Assembly: GCA_024641305.1 (NCBI GenBank)
Contig: JAHEDI010000007.1
Coordinates: forward strand, 11,142 to 75,141
Length of the DNA: 64,000 bases
DNA from: a bacterium
GTDB lineage: Bacteria > Actinomycetota > Acidimicrobiia > Spongiisociales > JAENVV01
Direction: 5' to 3'
How positions within the stretch are numbered: the first letter of the stretch is position 1; each line of letters opens with the position of its first letter. Below the pieces are notes generated by a model. That model did no database searches. It had not been told where the DNA came from and saw only the letters and a list, made by a program, of their open reading frames with translations. This document shows positions 57,018-64,000 of the stretch, piece by piece. The position numbers and the translations under genes are program-made.

Positions 57018-57238
57018 TGGGCTTGGTCGACGAACCGACTCGGCTTGCCCGCCACTGCCGAGCTGGGTGGTGGAGGGGCGGCGCGGAGACGACTCCGAGT
57101 CTGCCGGACGGCCGCCACCCAGGCAGACGGCTCCGGCCGATACGCGGGTCGTCGCGCGCCTTCTTCCTCGTGGATCAAGGCAACCACGACCGCAATCGCG
57201 GCCGCTTCCTGCGGTCCGGCACCACCTCTAATGATCAT
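57014..57238 (-). CDS. Acyl-CoA carboxylase epsilon-subunit-like small protein
   Basis: IIRGGA.PQEAAAIAVV...SAW pattern; overlaps the mce stop. Confidence 0.65.
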   Translation of the reverse strand: MIIRGGAGPQEAAAIAVVVALIHEEEGARRPAYRPEPSAWVAAVRQTRSRLRAAPPPPSSAVAGKPSRFVDQAH

Positions 57239-57641
57239 GCGACAACTCTACGAGCTCAACGAGGGTCCCGCCCAGCGTCGAGGGGTGTACAAAGGCAATC
57301 CGGGCACCACGTCCGCCGGACCGTGGCACGGTATCGACCAGGCGAGCTCCCTGTTCGGCCAACTCACTCAAAGCCACTTCAATGTCATCAACGGCAAACG
57401 CCAGATGATGCAGACCCTCGCCGCGACTCGCCAGGAACCGGCCGACCGGAGAATCAGCCGATAACGGCTGAAGAAGCTGCACAAACGAGCCGCCAACCGG
57501 AATCATGGCCTCCTCGACTCCTTGCGCCTCGACCGTTTCACGGTACAACGGAAAGACGCCATACAGGCGTTCGTAATCGGACAGGGCCGCGTCCAGATCA
57601 AACACGGCAATCCCCACATGGTCAACGTTGTACAGGCGCAC
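57228..57641 (-). CDS. mce: Methylmalonyl-CoA epimerase
   Basis: DHVGIAV, QGV, GEGLHHLAF, IAFVHP and GGTLVELVE motifs. Confidence 0.92.
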   Translation of the reverse strand: MRLYNVDHVGIAVFDLDAALSDYERLYGVFPLYRETVEAQGVEEAMIPVGGSFVQLLQPLSADSPVGRFLASRGEGLHHLAFAVDDIEVALSELAEQGARLVDTVPRSGGRGARIAFVHPSTLGGTLVELVELSHDH

Positions 57642-57691
57642 GACTCAAGTGTAAACGGCTTGAGTACGATGGACCACTACAGGAGGAATCC

Positions 57692-58867
57692 ATGGCGGCT
57701 GTCATCGTTGGTGCAAAACGCACACCAATCGGAAAATTCGGCGGCGGTCTCGCCCCATTACGAGCGGTTGAACTTGGTGCCATGGCCATTCGGGCGGCGC
57801 TGGGCGATCTGGATCCAGGCCGGATCGATGAGGTCATTTTCGGCCAGGTACTCCAAGCAGGAGAGGGCCAGATCACTGCCCGACAGGCGGCCGTGAAAGC
57901 TGGACTGCCGATGACCGTCCCATCGGTGACCATCAACAAAGTGTGTCTTTCTGGCCTGGCGGCCATTGGCATGGCCAACCGATCCGTGTTGCTCGGCGAA
58001 TCAACCTTTGTCGTTGCGGGCGGGATGGAATCGATGTCGAACGCTCCATACGTCATGCCCAAGGCCAGGTGGGGGGCTCGCCTCGGAGACGCAGAACTCA
58101 TCGACGTGATGATGCACGACGGCCTGTACTGCTCGTTCGATGCCTGTTCGATGGGCCAGGCCTCCGATCTCAAAAATGACCAACTTGGGATCGATCGCCT
58201 TCGTCAGGACGAGTGGTCCGCCAGGAGTCACAAGCGCGCAGAGACCGCCACCCGCAACGGAATCTTCTCGAAGGAGATCGTGCCCGTTGAAGTACCACAG
58301 CGCAAAGGGTCAGCGCTTCTGATCAGTGAAGACGAAGGCATCCGTACCGGCACGACTACCGAGAGCTTGGGGAGCCTCCGGCCGGCGTTCGGAGCGACGG
58401 GCACGCTTACTGCGGGCAACTCAAGCCAGATATCAGATGGCGGGGCGGCGGTCATAGTGACGAACCGCCAGGCGGCCGAATCTGAAGGGCTAAGTATCCT
58501 TGCCGAGATCCGCTCCTACGGACAGATCGGAGGCGTCGACCCTTCCCTGCACGAACGGCCAGCCGAGGCTCTTGCGGTCGCGCTCCAACGGGCCAACCTC
58601 TCGGCTGGCGACCTCCACGCCGTCGAGATCAACGAGGCATTCGCTTCAGTTGCGCTTTGGTCAGCCCAGATGCTTGGAATACCGGAGGATCGCGTGAACG
58701 TCCACGGCGGAGCCGTGGCGCTGGGCCACCCGATCGGTGCAACCGGCGCCCGACTGGTCGTCAGTTTGATCAACGCGCTCAGCGAGCGCGGAGGCGGCCT
58801 TGGCGCCGTAACCTTGTGTGGAGGCGGCGGACAAGGCGACGCCCTGATTTTGGAGGTCCATGCATGA
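57692..58867 (+). CDS. Acetyl-CoA C-acetyltransferase (thiolase); start corrected to ATG 57692
   Basis: RTPIG, NKVCLSG, GGMESMS, NEAFA, GHPIGATG and CGGGG motifs; SD AGGAGG. Confidence 0.95.
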   Translation: MAAVIVGAKRTPIGKFGGGLAPLRAVELGAMAIRAALGDLDPGRIDEVIFGQVLQAGEGQITARQAAVKAGLPMTVPSVTINKVCLSGLAAIGMANRSVLLGESTFVVAGGMESMSNAPYVMPKARWGARLGDAELIDVMMHDGLYCSFDACSMGQASDLKNDQLGIDRLRQDEWSARSHKRAETATRNGIFSKEIVPVEVPQRKGSALLISEDEGIRTGTTTESLGSLRPAFGATGTLTAGNSSQISDGGAAVIVTNRQAAESEGLSILAEIRSYGQIGGVDPSLHERPAEALAVALQRANLSAGDLHAVEINEAFASVALWSAQMLGIPEDRVNVHGGAVALGHPIGATGARLVVSLINALSERGGGLGAVTLCGGGGQGDALILEVHA

Positions 58868-59850
58868 CAGAGGTTCCCGAACGAAACCTTGGCCTGGAAC
58901 TGGCCAGAGTCACCGAATCGGCCGCCATTGCCGGCGCTCGATGGCAAGGGCGGGGCGACAAGATGGCGGCTGACCAGGCCGCCGTCGACGCCATGCGAAT
59001 CATCCTTTCAACCATCGACATCGACGGCACCATTGCCATCGGCGAGGGTGAAAAAGACGAAGCTCCCATGCTGTACAACGGAGAGAAGGTCGGGACCGGG
59101 TTTGGTCCCAAGGTCGATGTGGCTGTCGACCCAATTGACGGAACGTCACTGACTGCGGCCGGTCGACCGGGAGCGCTCGCAGTTATCGCCTTGGCCGAAG
59201 CCGGCACCATGTATTCGCCGGGAAGCCTGGTCTATATGGACAAAATCGCCGTCGGCCCCGAAGCCGCCGGCTGGATTGATATCGAGGCGCCCGTGGCGCA
59301 CAACTTGCGCCAGGTTGCCAAAGCTCGTGACAAAGACATTGATGACCTCACGGCGATCATTCTTGACCGCCCCCGCAACCAGCCATTCATTGACGCAGTC
59401 CGGTCTGCCGGCGCTCGCATCCGACTCATCTCGGATGGAGATGTTTCGGGGGCAATCGCCACCGCCGAGCCCGACTCGGGTATCGACATCCTGTTCGGTA
59501 TCGGTGGATCACCCGAAGCGGTGATCGCCGCCGCCGCACTCACGGCCATGGAAGGCGAAATTCAGTGCAAGCTGTGGCCCCGCGACGAAAGTGAACACCA
59601 GTACGCCGCCGACAACGGACACGATCTCGACAAGATCCTGACGCTCAAAGATCTGGTGAGCGGCAAGAACATCTTCTTCGCAGCTACCGGTGTGACCGAT
59701 GGCGAGCTCCTCCAAGGGGTGGATTTCTTCGGCCACGGCGCAACCACCCATTCGGTTGTGATGCGCTCCAAGACCGGCTCGATTCGCTTCATGCACGCAC
59801 GCCATAATCTGGATCGCCTTGACCGTCTCAAAGGCACACTCGACGAGTAG
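58864..59850 (+). CDS. glpX: Class II fructose-1,6-bisphosphatase; start corrected to ATG 58864
   Basis: RVTESAA, IGEGEKDEAPML, DPIDGT, YMDK, DGDV and ATGVTDG motifs. Confidence 0.96.
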   Translation: MTEVPERNLGLELARVTESAAIAGARWQGRGDKMAADQAAVDAMRIILSTIDIDGTIAIGEGEKDEAPMLYNGEKVGTGFGPKVDVAVDPIDGTSLTAAGRPGALAVIALAEAGTMYSPGSLVYMDKIAVGPEAAGWIDIEAPVAHNLRQVAKARDKDIDDLTAIILDRPRNQPFIDAVRSAGARIRLISDGDVSGAIATAEPDSGIDILFGIGGSPEAVIAAAALTAMEGEIQCKLWPRDESEHQYAADNGHDLDKILTLKDLVSGKNIFFAATGVTDGELLQGVDFFGHGATTHSVVMRSKTGSIRFMHARHNLDRLDRLKGTLDE

Positions 59851-59857
59851 CTCACAG

Positions 59858-60952
59858 GTGCGAGTTTTCCTTATTGAGCCCTACTACACGGGGTCACATA
59901 AAGCGTGGGCGGACGGTTGGAAAGCCTCCTCCCGTCACGACGTGCACCTGCTCACAATGGAAGGGCGGTTCTGGAAGTGGCGGATGCATGGCGGACCGGT
60001 CACGCTCGCCCATCAGGCGCTTGAAATAGCCGCCCAAGCAGGTAGGCCCGACGTGATCGTGGCGTCGTCAATGCTCGACCTCGCCACCTTCCTCGGACTA
60101 GCCGGGTCGCAGCTCGGGAGCCCACCATCGTTGCTGTACATGCACGAAAACCAGCTGACCTACCCGCTTTCACCCCGGACCCGGGGCGAGGATTTGAGCT
60201 ACGGATTCGTCAACTGGCGATCGATGGTCGCTGCGGACCGAATCTTGTTCAATTCGCGCTACCACGAGGACGCCTTCTTTGGGGCGGTCGGGCCTTTCCT
60301 CAAGAATTTTCCCGACTACCGCCAGCTTCACCTCATCGACCGGGTCCGCGACAAGACCGCGGTGATCGGCGTCGGAATCCCCATCCGAACACCGGGTCAA
60401 ACTCCGTCACTCCCCCCGCTCGTGCTGTGGAATCAGCGTTGGGAATACGACAAAGACCCAATCGGGATGTTTGAGATGCTGTACGCGGTCGACGACCAGG
60501 GGATGAACTTTCGCCTGGCGTTGACCGGCGAGAACTTTCGACAAACCCCGACCGAATTCGAGGTGGCCAAACAACATTTCGGGGATCGAATCATCCAATT
60601 CGGGTACGCCGACGCCCATCGGTACGAACGCCTTGTCTCCGAGGCAGACATCGTCGTGAGTACCGCCAACCACGAGTTTTTCGGGGTTGGAGTCGCCGAA
60701 GCCACCGCTGCCAGAGCGTTTCCCGTGCTGCCCCGACGTCTCTCGTACCCCGAACTACTTCCCGAACAGATCCACCCGGCCTGCCTATACGAGACGGCCG
60801 ACCAGGCAGTCGCTTTGTTGGCAGCGGCGTTGACCAATCCGCAACACCGATCGACGATCACCGACATCGCAGGACCCTCCCTTGAGCGCTTCGCCTGGCC
60901 AATCATCGGTGAGGCCTACGACGAAGTTGTCGACCATCTCGCCGGAACCTGA
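59858..60952 (+). CDS. DUF3524/GT4 glycosyltransferase (GTDC1/QTMAN-like)
   Basis: EPYYTGSH, WKWRM, YMHENQLTYP, FNS.YH, WNQRWEYDK, HEFFG and LSYPEL motifs. Confidence 0.85.
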   Translation: MRVFLIEPYYTGSHKAWADGWKASSRHDVHLLTMEGRFWKWRMHGGPVTLAHQALEIAAQAGRPDVIVASSMLDLATFLGLAGSQLGSPPSLLYMHENQLTYPLSPRTRGEDLSYGFVNWRSMVAADRILFNSRYHEDAFFGAVGPFLKNFPDYRQLHLIDRVRDKTAVIGVGIPIRTPGQTPSLPPLVLWNQRWEYDKDPIGMFEMLYAVDDQGMNFRLALTGENFRQTPTEFEVAKQHFGDRIIQFGYADAHRYERLVSEADIVVSTANHEFFGVGVAEATAARAFPVLPRRLSYPELLPEQIHPACLYETADQAVALLAAALTNPQHRSTITDIAGPSLERFAWPIIGEAYDEVVDHLAGT

Positions 60953-61003
60953 GACCCGACCACGAGAGTCGTCCATACACCGGGCGACCGGTAGGGTGCT
61001 CGA

Positions 61004-61663
61004 ATGCAACATGTCATCTGGGACTGGAACGGCACTCTGCTCGACGATATTCACATCGTCGTCGACGCGGTGAGCGAGACAGTCGCCGCCTTCGGAGTTC
61101 CGACGCTGACCATCGAGGATCACGCCAGACTCTTCACCCGCCCGGTGTCGGTGTTTTACGAGCGGATGCTTGGGAGGCCGATCACCGGCACGGAATGGCG
61201 CCAGCTCGACGACACGTTCCACGAGGCGTACGCCAGACGCATGGTTCAAGCGGAGCTTTCCGTCGGTGCTCATCAGATCCTCGGGGACCTCGCTGACCAG
61301 GGAAAGAGCCAATCGCTCCTCTCGATGGCCCCGCACGATCATGTCCTGGAACGAGCTGCCACGTTCGGGGTCGACCGGTACATGATCCGCATCGATGGGC
61401 TGCGCGATGGCAGTGGGGCCCTGAAAGAATCGTCGATGAGCGCTCACCTGAGCGCCCTACTGGATCACCCGACTGCTCCGGATGATCCGGGTGCATACGT
61501 CGTCATCGGTGACTCGCTTGACGACGCCAAGGCAGCGCGAGCCAACCGGGTTCCAGCGGTGATGTTTGCGTCCGGGTCACATCACCGGGCTGACCTGGTC
61601 GCCACCGGCTTTCCGGTTGCTGACACCTTGCACGATGCCGTTCGCATCGCCATGGACCAATAG
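61004..61663 (+). CDS. HAD-superfamily hydrolase
   Basis: WDWNGTLLDD motif I, LLS, K and IGDSLDD. Confidence 0.9.
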   Translation: MQHVIWDWNGTLLDDIHIVVDAVSETVAAFGVPTLTIEDHARLFTRPVSVFYERMLGRPITGTEWRQLDDTFHEAYARRMVQAELSVGAHQILGDLADQGKSQSLLSMAPHDHVLERAATFGVDRYMIRIDGLRDGSGALKESSMSAHLSALLDHPTAPDDPGAYVVIGDSLDDAKAARANRVPAVMFASGSHHRADLVATGFPVADTLHDAVRIAMDQ

Positions 61664-61703
61664 CTCGCGATGTGATTCACCCGGGACGTTCTACACTCAG
61701 GCC

Positions 61704-62030
61704 ATGACTCAGCGACCACCCGACATGCGCCAACTCATGAAGCAAGCCCAGAAAATGCAAGAGCAACTCGCCACCGCTCAAGCCGAGTTGGCCGAGCGTG
61801 AGTTCCAGGGCTCGGCCGGGGGAGGCGTGGTCACCGCCAGCGTGAAGGGCTCCGGCGAGGTCCTGACGGTGAATATCGACCCATCGGTCATCGACCCCGA
61901 CGACCCGGAGATGCTTGGTGACCTGGTCGTAGCCGCTATCAACGCCGCCCTTCGGGGCGTTAGCGACGTCGCCGCCGAACAGATGGGCGGGCTAACGGGT
62001 GGCTTGGACCTCGGCGGCTTGCTCGGCTGA
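61704..62030 (+). CDS. ybaB: YbaB/EbfC nucleoid-associated protein; start corrected to ATG 61704
   Basis: LMKQAQKMQ, GSAGGG and DPEMLGDLVVAAIN motifs. Confidence 0.95.
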   Translation: MTQRPPDMRQLMKQAQKMQEQLATAQAELAEREFQGSAGGGVVTASVKGSGEVLTVNIDPSVIDPDDPEMLGDLVVAAINAALRGVSDVAAEQMGGLTGGLDLGGLLG

Positions 62031-62623
62031 TGTTTGAAGGACCTATCCAGAGACTCATCGACGAGCTCTCCCGGCTACCTGGTGTAGGTAGGAAGTCGGC
62101 TCAGCGATTGGCGTTTCATCTTCTCAACGGTGAGGAAGCCGATGCCCGTCGCCTGGCCCAGGCAGTCATCGACGTCAAGGAGCAAATCGGACTCTGCGCT
62201 CGCTGTTACAACGTGACGGCCGGAGACGAATGCAACATATGCCGTGACGTGCGACGGCTCCCGGATATCGTCTGTGTCGTCGAACGAGCCCAGGACATTC
62301 CCGTCATCGAGTCGACCAGAGAGTTCACCGGTCGCTATCACGTCCTCGGAGGGGCATTGTCGCCGATTGATGGAATCGGACCGGGTCAGCTTCGTTTCAA
62401 CGAGCTGAAACGGCGGGTCGAAAACGAAGGCATCACCGAGTTGATCTGCGCTACGAACCCGACCATTGAAGGCGATGCGACGTCCATGTATATCGCCAGG
62501 GAATTCAAGCCGCTCGGAGTCAAGGTGAGCCGTTTGGCTTCGGGCTTGCCGGTCGGCGGAGATCTCGACTACGCCGACACGGTGACCCTGGGTAGAGCAC
62601 TAACCGGACGTTCCGAGCTGTAG
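62030..62623 (+). CDS. recR: Recombination mediator RecR
   Basis: LPGVGRKSAQRLA, C4 zinc finger, YHVLGG.SPIDG, ATNPTIEG and GLPVG motifs. Confidence 0.97.
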   Translation: MFEGPIQRLIDELSRLPGVGRKSAQRLAFHLLNGEEADARRLAQAVIDVKEQIGLCARCYNVTAGDECNICRDVRRLPDIVCVVERAQDIPVIESTREFTGRYHVLGGALSPIDGIGPGQLRFNELKRRVENEGITELICATNPTIEGDATSMYIAREFKPLGVKVSRLASGLPVGGDLDYADTVTLGRALTGRSEL

Positions 62624-62641
62624 GGAATCAATCGGACCCGG

Positions 62642-64000
62642 TTATGACTCTTCGATGACCTCGCCACCGAGAAGGTCCTCGACGAGACCGACCGGGTCGT
62701 CTACCTCGCCGGCTTCGGCCATTCGATCCTTATCAGTCTCTTCGTCATCGTCATCGTCGACCCCCAACTCCACCGGAGAAGCCTGGTCGGCATTGTCAGC
62801 CACAAACCGAGCTGCCACCAACCCGCCCAACAAGGAAGACGCTTCCGCAGATACCGCGGCAGCGAACTGCGGGTCGGAAACCATTTGCTCAAGGTGAAAG
62901 CCAAGATGGCTGGGAACATGGATTACCAGCGTCGCCCCATCAACCAGCCCCGGGCGCGCCTCGCGGAATAGGGCATGCCGGCGATTCCCGAGTTCGTCTT
63001 TGATGCGGGCCGATAAGGCCGGCCAGATCCGCTTGAACGCCGCGAGATCGACGTCACCCGTCGGCGCACCGTCGCCACCTGCCCCCGAAGCCGGAGCGCC
63101 AGAAGGCTCAGACATCGGGGTCTCAGGTTTGGATGACACCGGGACCGCGCCTACGGGCGCCTCCGCCGTCGGTTCCTCGCCGGTTGACTCAGTGCCGGGA
63201 ATGGAACGAGGGGAACCGGCCGGAACGCTCGGGCGCAGGGTAGGAGTAGGAGCCGGAACTGCGTCTGCTGACAGGGTCGGGGCCTGCCGGGCGATGGCCG
63301 AAACCCGCCGCTCAAGGGTATCGAGGCGGGCCTGTATAGACGGGACATCCGCGGCAATCTCGGGTCGGGTCAATTTCAAGAGAGTGATCTCGGTCATGAG
63401 CCGCTCCTCGCGTCCTTCGCGCAACCGCAAGAGCCCATCCGAAAGCACATCCATCGACCGGATGACATCGCTAACGGAAAGGGTGTCTGCGACCGCTCGC
63501 CAATCAGCCAGGATATCGGCTGGTTCGTCTGCCACCTCTTCCAGATTCGGTGCATAGTGCGCCAGGAAGACCCCGCGGAAAAAGGCAATGGCTTCCGAGA
63601 TGAACCGCCGCAGATCGACGCCGTTGCCAGCCAGTGTCGCGACAAGTTCTAGAGCGGTCCGGGCGTCGTGTTCGCCAACGGCCACGGCAAGTCGGGCAAA
63701 CACATCACGGTCGGCCAGACCCAGCGCCCGATTGACGGCGGCTGGATCAACCGAACCGTCTCCCAGGGCGGCCACCTGTTCCAGCAGGCTCAACGAATCT
63801 CGAACGGAGCCTGCCGCGTGACGAGCGACCAGCTGAAGAGCCCCCTCGGCCACGGTATAGGACTCCAACTTGGCAACGCCGGCTAGATGATCGGTCAATG
63901 CCTCGACGGAGACAGGATGAAAATCGAAGCGTTGGGATCGGGACCTGATCGTATCAAGCAGTTTGTACGGTTCCGTCGTCGCCAACACAAAGTGCACGTG
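62642..64000 (-). CDS. dnaX: DNA polymerase III gamma/tau subunit, 5'-truncated by the window edge
   Basis: FVLATTE..TIRSRSQRFDF and GSVRDSLSLLEQ motifs; Pro-rich linker and C-terminal domain. Confidence 0.93.
   Translation of the reverse strand, partial: HVHFVLATTEPYKLLDTIRSRSQRFDFHPVSVEALTDHLAGVAKLESYTVAEGALQLVARHAAGSVRDSLSLLEQVAALGDGSVDPAAVNRALGLADRDVFARLAVAVGEHDARTALELVATLAGNGVDLRRFISEAIAFFRGVFLAHYAPNLEEVADEPADILADWRAVADTLSVSDVIRSMDVLSDGLLRLREGREERLMTEITLLKLTRPEIAADVPSIQARLDTLERRVSAIARQAPTLSADAVPAPTPTLRPSVPAGSPRSIPGTESTGEEPTAEAPVGAVPVSSKPETPMSEPSGAPASGAGGDGAPTGDVDLAAFKRIWPALSARIKDELGNRRHALFREARPGLVDGATLVIHVPSHLGFHLEQMVSDPQFAAAVSAEASSLLGGLVAARFVADNADQASPVELGVDDDDDEETDKDRMAEAGEVDDPVGLVEDLLGGEVIEES

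Noticed and set aside
57017-57691. 225-aa N-terminal extension or fusion on the thiolase
   Set aside because: It is antisense to mce and the epsilon-like gene; a strong SD precedes ATG 57692.
1-64000. CRISPR array, IS element, integrase or prophage
   Set aside because: No regularly spaced direct repeats, transposase or integrase motifs, or phage genes seen; intergenic gaps are short.

Overview
High-GC actinobacterial chromosome segment; gene content and style suggest class Acidimicrobiia, which is an inference. It is densely coding and mostly housekeeping: a general amino-acid ABC transporter, hemD, ppk1, purA-purD-purE and purB, an LCP protein, glnII divergent from glnA2-glnR, iscA/erpA and mrp, selA-selB, whiB, tRNA-Pro(CGG), ask-asd, murJ, mce, a thiolase, glpX, ybaB-recR and the 3' part of dnaX. 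I see no CRISPR array, IS element, integrase or prophage. The most interesting unexplained signals are: (1) two stand-alone, multi-helix intergenic RNAs at about 37140-37310 (Ms1-like, with a sigma28/WhiG-like promoter) and about 23060-23270; (2) a B12-photoreceptor-type regulator divergent from an ECF sigma/anti-sigma operon; (3) a surface protein-receiver-HEAT repeat-processive GT2 module coupled to mce; (4) a clean four-repeat GlnR operator; and (5) pervasive TANNNT leaderless promoters, which I used to correct many ORF starts. All product names come from motifs recognised by eye, not from database searches.
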